Positions 44,313 through 54,849 of a stretch of DNA of 64,000 bases are shown here, piece after piece. Origin of the DNA: Hormiphora californensis. Its lineage: Eukaryota; Animalia; Ctenophora. The translations under genes and the position numbers were made by a program. The stretch's first letter is position 1. Each line of letters starts with the position of its first letter. The stretch covers positions 4,836,001-4,900,000 of the forward strand of contig CM035355.1 of the NCBI GenBank assembly GCA_020137815.1, read 5' to 3'. The notes below the pieces were generated by a model. It was not told where the DNA came from. It searched no databases and saw nothing but the letters and a program-made list of their open reading frames with translations.

Positions 44313-45968
44313 ATGATTTCAGAAGATATGTCCTCTACAAATACAACTGAGGAACAACTGCGGATAATCTCGGAGCTGGTAGCTGAAGCGGATACCCCTG
44401 TCAAGGAGGTGCTCCAAGCCTATGATCCTGAGTTGACCTATGAGGAGATGCTACCGAAGATCGAAACACTCCCTGTAAGTGACCTAGAGGCTACTGCAGC
44501 TTTCCTCGGACAAGAGGTGACATGTGTGACTGGAGCGAAAAAATACCACTCAGAGAGAACACTGTCAGACTGGATTATCATGAGGACTGAGGCTCTCTTT
44601 CCCCAAACATGTAGAGAGTGTAGTGAATCCTATACGGTGAAAAGGACTGATACACCCCCTGTTCGGTGTAACTATTGCGATGCTGGACTTCACAACTGTG
44701 CGGCTATCCGTGCTGAAGCTGGGAACACAACCAACACAAGGAGCCGAATATGGATGTGCAACGACTGTGTCTCAAAACATACTATTGAGAGGTTCAACAG
44801 TCACCTACCTGAGGGAGGTCCTCCAAACCCTACTCTTAATTCAACTCGACGCAGTTCAAATAGAGAGGTATTGGACAGAAGGACCAGTCAGCCTGCTGGC
44901 GGACGGAACGATCTTGCTGGCAGAAGGAATAATGGCCCACCTACCGGTGGAGATACAGGGTCGGACACGGAGGTTTGTAAATTCTACCTGCAGAGGAGAT
45001 GCCGACACGGCAAAAACGGAACCGCCAGGGTTGGAAACAGAACCTGCCCAAAAGCCCACCCCACCCTGTGTAAAAAGTTCTGTAACTATGGAACCATGAG
45101 GAGATTTGGATGTAATACTGAAAATTGCAACCTATTTCATCCTCCCCTCTGTAAGAACTCAGAGTTACGTCACCAGTGCTTTAAACAAAACTGCATGAAG
45201 CAACATCTAAAAGATACTCAGCGGAGCCCGCCTTTTAGAGTTGATGAAGCACCCCGGAACACTGGTTTAAATGCTCGGAATGATCGTGACAGAAACCAAT
45301 CCTCTCGGAGCAGGGGTGCAAACCAAGCACCTCCAAATGAACCAGGAATCTGGTCGTCTGAGCCAACTAGGGATAGGATACCAAGGGGGGGGTGACACGT
45401 AACACTTTGTAACACTTTGTAACATGTAACGTGCACAAAATATTTTCTGCACATGTTACAAAGTGTTACAAGCGTTACAAAGTGTTACAAAGTGTTACAA
45501 AGTGTTACAAAATGTTGCAAAATGTTGCAAAAAATGCCCATTTTGTAACATTTTGTAACACTTTGTAACATTTTGTAACACTTTGTAACATTTTGTAACA
45601 CTTTGTAACATTTTGTAACACTTTGTAACACTTTGTAACACTTTGTAACATGTAACGTGCACAAAAAGTTTTCTGCACATGTTACAAAGTGTTACAAAGT
45701 GTTACGTGTCACCCCCCCCATACCAAGCAGATCCCAATGGCCTCAGGATCAGAACAGGGGCACGAGGCCTGACCCAGACCCGGCTTTTTTAGACGCCATC
45801 ATCGACCGTCTCAGGGACTCTATAGCCGGGATAGTGAGGATGGAAATGAGGAATCGCCCGGAGCGGGAGCCCGACCAACAGCACTACAGCTCCCAGCCGA
45901 CCCAACTCCCTCCAGGAATGGGCAACACATACAGTCCTCATCATCAGAGGGACAGACGGTCTTACTAA
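44313..45968 (+). pseudogene. LINE ORF1 (PHD-like plus CCCH zinc fingers) interrupted by an insertion at 45385-45719
   Basis: CRECSE...CNYCDAGLHNC...WMCNDC and CKFYLQRRCRHG...CPKAHP.LCKKF. Removing the insertion rejoins TRDRIP to SRSQWPQDQ in frame. Confidence 0.85.
45385..45719. mobile_element. Poly-G-ended foldback MITE built from 10-bp GTAACACTTT repeats
   Basis: G8-TGACACGTAACACTTTG ... CAAAGTGTTACGTGTCA-C8, with direct repeat ATACCAA(G) at 45378 and 45720. Confidence 0.88.
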
Positions 45969-46009
45969 ATACGGCAGGACCCTCAGTTCCCAGTAATCTC
46001 TCAAAACTG

Positions 46010-47817
46010 TTGCTTCTAAACGCCCGTAGCCTGAACCCGTCTGCGGGCAGTGAGGCAAGGTTCAAACTGGAGAACTTGAAGGACACCATTATGAACTCAA
46101 ATATTCCTGTCATGGCTGCAGCCATCACGGAAACTTGGTGGCGGGCAGAATACTCGGACGCACAGGTTAATATTCCTGGTTTTTCTGTCATCCGCAGCGA
46201 TCGGGAAGGTAGGGTTGGGGGTGGCTGTGCCCTCTATCTCCACTCATCGGTGACCCCTTCCGATCAGATCACATTTTCAGATGAAAGCAACAGTGTTGTG
46301 GCGGTATACATTCCAAACATGAACTGTATGTTGTACCAGGTTGTCTCAAACGGCAACAGGTGACCCCAATTTTCAAAAAGGGTTCAAAGATGGAGGCTAA
46401 AAACTATCGCCCTGTTGCCCTCACATCCCATATGATAAAAACTTTTGAAAGGGTTGTGAGGAACAAAGTTGTGGATCACCTGGAGGGAAATGGAATCTTC
46501 AATGATGGTCAGCACGGCTTTCGGAGAAATAGGAGTTGTCTGACCCAACTTTTGAACCACTATGACAACATCATGCGTGAACTGAATAACGGTCTGGAAG
46601 TGGATGTTGTTTATTTGGATATGGAGAAGGCGTTCGATAAAGTCGATATCAAGGTTTTATTGGGCAAGCTTGAGAAGTATGGTATACGTGGAAGACTTCT
46701 CCGCTGGATAAGTGACTTTCTTTCAGCTAGAATACAGACAGTAGTGGTGGATGGAGTTCAGTCTCGGCCGGAACTCGTCATTAGTGGAGTCCCCCAGGGC
46801 ACTGTTCTTGGCCCGCTTCTGTTCTTGGTTTATATGATAGACATTGAATCACTTCTTGCTGGAACAGTCCTAACTTTTGCAGATGACTCCAAGCTGTGGA
46901 AAGCGATCAGGTCACTCAACGACAGAGATAACCTGCAGCTGAGTCTTAATGAATTTGGACGTTGGGCTTCAGACAACAATATGTCACTCCATCAGGATAA
47001 GTTTGAGGTGATAAATTATACACTTCGCTCCACCCAACTCCTGAGGGAGCTTCCTTTCTCCACTGACAATTATCTTTACAATGGTGCCGGAGGCGAGACA
47101 ATATCACCAAGTTTCACTGTGAGAGATCTAGGGGTCCTTGTATCTGCAGACTGCACTTGGTCAGAACACATAGGCAGCATTACTGCCAAGGCTAGACGCA
47201 TGAGTGGCTGGGCACTTAGTGTATTTCGGGATAGATCCGATGATACTATGCTAACGTTACTGAAGTCCATCATTAGGCCTCAGGTGGAGTACTGTTGTCC
47301 ATTATGGAGCCCGGTGAAAAAGTCTGATATCGCCCTGGTTGAAGAGGCTCAAAGACACTTCACACGTAGGATTGAGAGCTGTTCCGGCATGGGGTACTGG
47401 GATCGGCTCCAACATCTTGGTATCTTGTCCCTCCAGCGGCGTCGTGAGCGATACATGATTATCCATGTCTGGAAGGTTCTTCATGAGGTAGTTCCAAACG
47501 GCACGGGTCTCCTGTTTACTGAGCACACCCGTCTTGGTACCAGAGCATTGGTCCCCCGTTACAATTACCTCGCTCAAAAATCCATATCTGGCCCTTATGA
47601 CTCATCATTCGGTGTTAGAGGAGCGCAGTTGTGGAATTCCCTACCCCGTGCAGTGAGAGAGTCAACATCACTGCTCGAGTTGAAACAGTCCCTTGGGTCC
47701 TACTTAACCACCATCCCCGACCAGCCACCTGTCCGCGGTTACCGGGTGGAGCACAGTAACTCCTTGATTGATTGGAGAAATGACCCCAGTGTGTTTAAAG
47801 AGATGGGCGAATCATAG
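46010..47817 (+). pseudogene. LINE ORF2: truncated APE endonuclease fused out of frame to reverse transcriptase
   Basis: LLNARSL...ITETW...RSDR.GRVGGGCALY, then an abrupt jump near 46330 to VTPIFKKG..NYRPVALTS, QHGFRRNRSC, YLDMEKAFDKV, SGVPQGTVLGPLLFL and FADD. Confidence 0.9.
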
Positions 47818-48259
47818 AAATGTGTTTTGCTTTTCATTGTCATTTGGCTGATACATATAACCTGCTGACTTTCCATGTCATCTGAGTGTTGGCTCCTTTT
47901 GAGCTAAAGCTTTGTGTACAATACTAAATTTATTTACGAATGTTTACGAATGTTTACGAAAGCTGTCTGGCGCCGCACACCTCATCTGAGGCCACTGTCG
48001 CACGCTCAGATCAATTTGAGAATCAAATCGGGGTCTGGCGCCTCCATGAAGCCCTAACCACATAGCCCTAACCATAAACCTACTTTAGGCCTACTTTAGG
48101 ACTGCTGACACTCAAAACACCCATATTTCCCCTCGATTTTTACTATTATCTCCAACTGTTTGGATTTCTCAATAACATGATAAACATCCTATTTCTATCC
48201 ATTAGTATGTTTACTTCAGTTTTCACTGTCTCCTGACTGAACTAAAAGCACCCACTACC

Positions 48260-49423
48260 ATGCTACTGCTACTTTTCTTCCTTTCGTTGGTATCCCTCTC
48301 GACAACAGATGAAATTGCCGCGTTTCCAAATTATACTGCGACACTCGGAAAAGATGTAGAAATCCGGTGTTCTGTTCTCTACTACTCATATCACATGAGC
48401 GCAGACTGCTACGCAGACACCTGTGGAATATCCTGGGAATTTAAAGGGGAACCTCTCCTAAACTCATCCCGTGTTAAAATAACCCAGTTTTATTCTGTTG
48501 GTTTTGCTGCGCTGACCTCGGATTCTGTTGCCACAGCGGAACGGGTTGGTTTGACAACGAGGAACAAATTTGACAGGAACGACTATCCTCGTTACAATAA
48601 CCATGGTTATATACCCGAGGCGATAGTATATCTGAACAACGTTGTAACGATAGGCGGAGTAACTGGTGATGATTTAGGGGTTTATACTTGTAATTATACC
48701 GACCCTGATCCTGATCGTTATTATTATCGTCGACCTGAATTGGTGAAGAATGTCACACTCTCTGAAACAGCAACAGAATATAGCGATACGATTGGAATTT
48801 ACTCCTTACTCACCAGTGAGGTCAATAGGCCCTCCACTATTTATGCCCAGTGTATCACCTATGGGGGTCCACCAGTTTGGAAGGCTAGGGTTGCTACTGA
48901 CGACTGTCCTGCCTATTACATCGACAGAAAACATGAATGTGAAGATAGCTCCCTGGTTAATTTGGAGGATCTGAAGACGCAGGATTTTTATCACTGTTTT
49001 GATTTTACGGAGGCCACCTCTTCTGACTCTCTGTACGGATTTTCAGTCATCAAGTTTTCTGACGTGTCCTGCGAAGCACATGAATTGGACACTGTCGTGT
49101 TTTACTGCCTACAAAATAACAACAATTCATATTGGAAGGGTTATTTTTCCATGACTGAAGCAAAAAGCAACGCAGTGAATGAGCAAAAATACGAATATCG
49201 AAATAGGGTAAACCCGTATAGGGATGGTGAGATACCTGCTGGATTATCTGGTATAATAACTTGCGTGTCTGTCATTCTCATTGCTGCAATAATCGTTGCT
49301 TCTGTTAGAGGAAAGTGCTGTTATACCCGTCGAACTCTCTTTGCAACTCCAATCGGGGCACCAGTCTCTACTGTTGTTCCTATCCAACAGCCGAGTGCAC
49401 CCCCTGCATACAGTCCCAATTGA
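48260..49423 (+). CDS. Single-pass Ig-like domain membrane protein, copy 1 (387 aa, intronless)
   Basis: Signal peptide; Ig motifs VEIRC, ISWEFKG and DDLGVYTCNY; a second Cys-rich domain; TM GIITCVSVILIAAIIVASV; tail ending PSAPPAYSPN. Confidence 0.9.
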   Translation: MLLLLFFLSLVSLSTTDEIAAFPNYTATLGKDVEIRCSVLYYSYHMSADCYADTCGISWEFKGEPLLNSSRVKITQFYSVGFAALTSDSVATAERVGLTTRNKFDRNDYPRYNNHGYIPEAIVYLNNVVTIGGVTGDDLGVYTCNYTDPDPDRYYYRRPELVKNVTLSETATEYSDTIGIYSLLTSEVNRPSTIYAQCITYGGPPVWKARVATDDCPAYYIDRKHECEDSSLVNLEDLKTQDFYHCFDFTEATSSDSLYGFSVIKFSDVSCEAHELDTVVFYCLQNNNNSYWKGYFSMTEAKSNAVNEQKYEYRNRVNPYRDGEIPAGLSGIITCVSVILIAAIIVASVRGKCCYTRRTLFATPIGAPVSTVVPIQQPSAPPAYSPN

Positions 49424-49980
49424 GGCTATCTAGTGGACCTGAAGTGAACCTTCAGTCTGGAAGGAACGCGCGGAGGTCAGAGCAGAATGGTCGGCGCGAC
49501 ATATCAGCATTGGACAAAAATGTAGCTGTAATTTAGTAGTGAGACCAGGCCAGGCCCGAGAGACAGTTCAGTGGTAACTGGGAGGTCATGTGGGATGGAA
49601 ATGAGAACTAGAAACAGATTTGAGTTGCATTTTATTGAGGAAAATAGCCCTTTTTGGTGTCTGAGACAAGCAAAAGTGAAACGAAATGCAACGTAACGAA
49701 CAAGTAATCATGTGGCAGCGCTATTGACCAATGTGGTACAGACATTTACATTTAGATGCATTTTCTGCAGCGCTGGACCCAAAAATTTTTTCGTGAATGA
49801 ACGCCGCGCACCGCCCCTGCGACTGCTGACACTCAAAACACGCATATTTCCCCTCGATCTTTACTATTATTTCTAACTGTTTTGATTTCTCAATAACATG
49901 ATAAACATCCTATTTCTCTCCATTAGTATGTTTACTTCAGTTTTCACTGTCTCCTGACTGAACTAAAAGCACCCACTACC

Positions 49981-51147
49981 ATGCTACTGCTACTTTTCTT
50001 CCTTTCGTTGGTATCCCTCTCGACAACAGATGAAATTGCCGCGTTTCCAAATTATACTGCGACACTCGGAAAAGATGTAGAAATCCGGTGTTCTGTTCTT
50101 TACTACTCATATCACACGAGTGCAGTTTGCTACACAGACACCTGTGGAGTATCCTGGGAATTTAAAGGGGAACCTCTCCTAAACTCATCCCGTGTTACAA
50201 TAACCCAGTTTTATTCTGTTGGTTTTGCTGCTTTGACCTCGGATTCTGTTGCCACAGCGGAACGGGTTGGTTTGACAACGAGGAACGAATTCAACAGGGA
50301 CGACTATCCTCGTTACCATAACGATAATGGTTACATACCCGAGGCGATAGTATATTTGAACAGCGTTGTAACGATAAGCGGAGTAACTGGTGATGATTTG
50401 GGTGTTTATACTTGTAATTATACCGATCCTGACCCAGATCGTTATTATTATCGACGACCTGAATTGGTGAAGAATGTCACACTCTCTGAAGGAGCAACAG
50501 AAAATAGCGATACGATTGGAATTTACTCCCTACTCACCAGTGAGGTCAATAGGCCCTCCACTATTTATGCCCAGTGTATCACCTATTGGGGTCCACCAGT
50601 TTGGAAGGCCAGGGTTGCTACTGACGACTGTCCTTCTTATTACACCAGCAGAAAAAATGCGTGTGAAGATAACTCCCTAGTTGATTTGGAGGATCTAAAG
50701 ATACAGGATTTTTATCACTGTTTCAATTTTACGGAGGCCACCTCTTCTGATTCTCTGTACGGATTTTCAGTCATCAAATTCTCTGACGTGTCCTGCGAAG
50801 CACATGAATTGGATACTGTCGTGTTTTACTGCCTACAAAATAACAACAATTCATATTGGAAGGGTTATTTTTCCATGACTGAAGCAAAAAGCAACGCAGT
50901 GAATGAGCAAAAATACGAATATCGAAATAGGGTAAACCCGTATAGGGATGGTGAGATGCCTGCTGCATTATCTGGTATAATAACTTGCGTGTCTGTCATT
51001 CTCATTGCTGCAATAATCATTGCTTCTGTTAGAGGAAAGTGCTGTTATACCCGTCGAACTCTCTTTGCAACTCCAATCGGGGCACCAGTCTCTACTGTTG
51101 TTCCTATCCAACAACCCACTGCACCCCCTGCATACAGTCCCAATTGA
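49981..51147 (+). CDS. Single-pass Ig-like domain membrane protein, copy 2 (388 aa)
   Basis: Near-identical paralogue of copy 1 with an intact ORF; tail PTAPPAYSPN. Confidence 0.9.
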   Translation: MLLLLFFLSLVSLSTTDEIAAFPNYTATLGKDVEIRCSVLYYSYHTSAVCYTDTCGVSWEFKGEPLLNSSRVTITQFYSVGFAALTSDSVATAERVGLTTRNEFNRDDYPRYHNDNGYIPEAIVYLNSVVTISGVTGDDLGVYTCNYTDPDPDRYYYRRPELVKNVTLSEGATENSDTIGIYSLLTSEVNRPSTIYAQCITYWGPPVWKARVATDDCPSYYTSRKNACEDNSLVDLEDLKIQDFYHCFNFTEATSSDSLYGFSVIKFSDVSCEAHELDTVVFYCLQNNNNSYWKGYFSMTEAKSNAVNEQKYEYRNRVNPYRDGEMPAALSGIITCVSVILIAAIIIASVRGKCCYTRRTLFATPIGAPVSTVVPIQQPTAPPAYSPN

Positions 51148-51400
51148 GGCTATCTAGTGCACTCCTTGCATACAGTCCCAATTGAGGCTATCTAATTAAC
51201 TGAAAATAATGTAATCTGAGTTCTGGTTTCTGGTTTAGTTGAGCTGCCAAAGTGAAAGGGTATCTAGTACGTCTCTCACTAATGTAGACTAAAACAATGT
51301 AATCTGAGTTCTGGTTTGTGGTTTTATATTGAACTCTTAACTTTCAATTTCTTATCGTGTTTAGTTTCTGGTATTTTATTTGTAAAACTGTTAGTAAATA

Positions 51401-51992
51401 CTAGTAGGCCCGTTCGCCCTACGGGCGAATTTCGGGGAAATGGTAGCTGGATTAGGGAACGCTGACATCACCTGCACCATCCGTTCCTAGCCTATCTCTC
51501 ACTTTCTCCCTACTCATGTTGTTGTACGCTCTGGGCTTCCTGACAATGTCAAGGTGTGAATTTAAGAGATCAATGTCAGGGAGGTACAGTGCTGTTCCAG
51601 AAACTCATCACGTGAAAACTTGGCCGCTATGTAGCCAATTCAGAGATTTCTATATTCGATTGGAGTAATCACCCTTGGGCGACGTTGGGTAAAGCTATCA
51701 GTAGTCGTTGATTGGCTCGCTTGAACACGTTGGCGTAATCTGTCATATTCTCTAGCCTGCTCCCTGACAGCAGCAGATCTTCCGGACCCAGATGACCGTT
51801 GCCGAATAGCGCTTAGGGTTGAAGAGTTAGACATCAGGACAAAAGTAAAAGAATGCACGTGCAGAATTGAATTTCCCTTAGTACCCAAAACTGCAACTGG
51901 GAGTGAGGTTTCTAAGTTGCTCTAATAATTGCACGTGCAGGTGTAGTTGCTAGGTGATGTAGCACTGACAATTTGAATAGTAAGTAGTATGA
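51401..51992 (-). mobile_element. Non-autonomous Helitron
   Basis: On the minus strand it begins TC and ends with hairpin GCCCGT...ACGGGC then CTAG. It is inserted between A and T with no duplication; the empty site is visible downstream of Ig copy 3 (TAAATA/TTATAT at 54326). Confidence 0.88.
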
Positions 51993-52803
51993 TTATATAA
52001 AATTATCCATACTATTGGAACGTGAAGACTTTCAATCTATATATCCGTTAGGGTCTGGTTAGGGTTTGGTTTGGGCTTATCGGTTAGGGCTATCGATTCT
52101 CTATCAGTTACCGTTTAGTTTACTCAAATTGGCCATGTGGTCGCGTGGCTATAGCCGTTTGAAAAAAGTCGGTCTAAGTATACTCTTTTGGCAGCGCGCA
52201 CCTGTAAACACGCTGCAAGGCACCCAGATTATAATCGCGCCCGTTTTTCACCCAAGTTGGGTGTTTGATTGCAAAGAGCTGAAGGTCTGTAGCATATGCT
52301 AATACCATCTACACAAGTGGATCTCAACCGTTTTGGCTATTTCAAAGTTTATCTGATAGCTGTCTGGCGCCGCACACCTCATCTGAGGCTTTAGGTAACC
52401 GCTGGTGCTTTCACATCAGCCTTGTAGCTTATTTTTTATATCTATTTATTTTAAATATGTTTGGTGTAAGAGCGGGACAAGGTTTTAATATTTTTATATT
52501 GACTTTGTGATAAATTGTGATTAAACTTAAAACTGTCGCAAGCTCAGATCAATTTGAGAATCAAATCGGGGTCTGGCGCCTCCATGAAGCCCTAACCACA
52601 TAGCCCTAACCCTAACCCTACTTTAGGCCTAACCCTTAAAAGCCGTCAGTGGCAAGTGCTGACACTCAAAACACCCATATTTCCCCTCGATTTTTACTAT
52701 TATTTCTAACTGTTTGGATTTCTCAATAACATGATAAACATCCTATTTCTCTCCATTAGTATGTTTACTTCAGTTTTCACTGTCTCCTGACTGACCCACT
52801 ACC

Positions 52804-53973
52804 ATGATACTGCTACTTTTATCCCTTTCTTTGGTATCCCTCTCGACAACTGCAGATGAAATTGCTGCGTTTCCAAATTATACTGCGACACTCGGAAAAG
52901 ATGTAGAAATCCGGTGTTCTGTTCTTTACTACTCATATCACATGAGCGCAGACTGCTACACAGACACCTGTGGAATATCCTGGGAATTTAAAGGGGAACC
53001 TCTCCTAAACTCATCCCGTGTTAAAATCAGCCAGTTTTATTCGGTTGGTTTTGCTGCGCTGACCTCGGATTCCGTTGCCACAGCGGAACGGGTTGGTTTG
53101 ACAACGAGGAACGAATTCAACAGGGACGATTATCCTCGTTACCATAACGATAATGGTTACATACCCGAGGCGATAGTATATTTGAACAGCGTTGTAACGA
53201 TAAGCGGAGTAACTGGTGATGATTTGGGTGTTTATACTTGTAATTATACCGATCCTGAGCCCGATCGTTATTATTATCGTCGACCTGAATTGGTGAAGAA
53301 TGTCACACTCTCTGAAACAGCAACAGAAAATAGCGATACGATTGGAATTTACTCCTTACTCACCAGTGAGGTCAATAGGCCCTCCACTATTTATGCCCAG
53401 TGTATCACCTATGGGGGTCCACCAGTTTGGAAGGCTAGGGTTGCTACTGACGACTGTCCTGCTTATTACGACGACAGAAAAAATGCATGCGAAGATAGTT
53501 CCCTAGTTAATTTGGAGGATCTGAAGACGCAGGATTTTTATCACTGTTTCAATTTTTCCGAGGCCACCTCTTCTGACTCTCTGTACGGATTTTCAGTCAT
53601 CAAGTTCACTGACGTGTCCTGCGAAGCACATGAATTGGACACTGTCGTGTTTTACTGCCTACAAAATAACTACAATTCATATTGGGATGGTTACTTTTCC
53701 CTGACTGAAGCAAAAAACTACGCATTGAACGAACAGAAATACGAATATCGGAAAAGGGTAAACCCGCATAGGGATGGTGAGATACTTGGTGGAATGTCTG
53801 GTATAATTACATGCTTGTCTGTTATTCTTATTGCTGCAATCATCATTGCGTCTGTTAGAAGTAAGTGCTGTTATAGACGACGTACTCTCTTTGCAACTCC
53901 AATCGGGGCACCAGTCTCTACTGTTGTTCCTATCCAACAACCCACTGCACCCCCTGCATACAGTCCCAATTGA
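52804..53973 (+). CDS. Single-pass Ig-like domain membrane protein, copy 3 (389 aa)
   Basis: Paralogue of copies 1 and 2 with an intact ORF; tail PTAPPAYSPN. Confidence 0.9.
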   Translation: MILLLLSLSLVSLSTTADEIAAFPNYTATLGKDVEIRCSVLYYSYHMSADCYTDTCGISWEFKGEPLLNSSRVKISQFYSVGFAALTSDSVATAERVGLTTRNEFNRDDYPRYHNDNGYIPEAIVYLNSVVTISGVTGDDLGVYTCNYTDPEPDRYYYRRPELVKNVTLSETATENSDTIGIYSLLTSEVNRPSTIYAQCITYGGPPVWKARVATDDCPAYYDDRKNACEDSSLVNLEDLKTQDFYHCFNFSEATSSDSLYGFSVIKFTDVSCEAHELDTVVFYCLQNNYNSYWDGYFSLTEAKNYALNEQKYEYRKRVNPHRDGEILGGMSGIITCLSVILIAAIIIASVRSKCCYRRRTLFATPIGAPVSTVVPIQQPTAPPAYSPN

Positions 53974-54849
53974 GGCTATCTAGTGCACCCCCTGCATACA
54001 GTCCCAACTGAGGCTATATAATTAACTGAAAACAATCTGAGTTCTGGTTTCTGGTTTAGTTGAACTATTAAAAGCTGCCAAAGTGAAAGGGTATCTAGTA
54101 GGTCTCTTCCTATCACTAATCTAAACTGAAAACAATCTTAGTTTTGGTAATGACATCCCCCCGGCTTCGTTTGCCGCGCTTTGCGCGGCCCTAGTGTTAT
54201 AGGGGGGACCGCGTCACCAAATCTGAGTTCTGGTTTGTGGTTTTATATTGAACTGAGATTCGTAAATTTCTTAATTCTTATCGTGTTTAGTTTCTGATAT
54301 TTTATTTGTAGAACTGTTAGTAAATATTATATAAAATTATCCATACTATTGGAACGTGAAGACTTTCAATCTATGTTGCGTGTACTAATACTGCATATAA
54401 CTCAACCCTTGTATCTTATTTTTTCCCTGCCCGGGTGGATGCCCGAAGGGCATCCACCCGGATGATCGTTTTAGCACGTGTGCTAAAAAGATCATAAAGG
54501 GTTTAGAAATCTCGGATTTGAAATAGTAACTCGAGCGTGGTCAAAATCGCGTGTGTCACGGTAGCAGCATAGTAACTGCTCCTTCATAAAATCAAATAAC
54601 TGTTTTGATGAAATATGATGTCAGGACGCTTATTTTTCAAAGCTGTGCGCGGCGCTCACAACACTGTTGCTGAAGGGGTGAGGGTAGAGTAAAACAGCTG
54701 TGTAACTGCATATACATACAGGACGCATGCATCTCACATTGTGACCAAGCCTTGATATTGTGATACTGATAGTGTGATACTGATCCTGTCGACGGAGGGC
54801 AGGGAAACACCGCATTATGAATACATAATGCAATAATTCTTGTTTAGCT

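Larger units (their letters stand above)
44255..47960 (+). mobile_element. CR1/L2-group non-LTR retrotransposon, disrupted (MITE in ORF1, internal deletion in ORF2)
   Basis: ORF1 carries zinc fingers, and ORF2 has an APE endonuclease start and an RT domain. A (TGTTTACGAA)n repeat lies at 47931-47960. Boundaries are approximate. Confidence 0.9.

Noticed and set aside
48053-48080. CCCTAA repeats as a true telomere or fusion site
   Set aside because: There are only two or three degenerate units, embedded in a dispersed repeat.
44292-49423. Idea that the Ig gene is an env-like third ORF of the retroelement
   Set aside because: The element is a non-LTR type, the protein has a cellular Ig signature, and two further copies have no adjacent RT. 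A host gene next to an insertion is the simpler reading.
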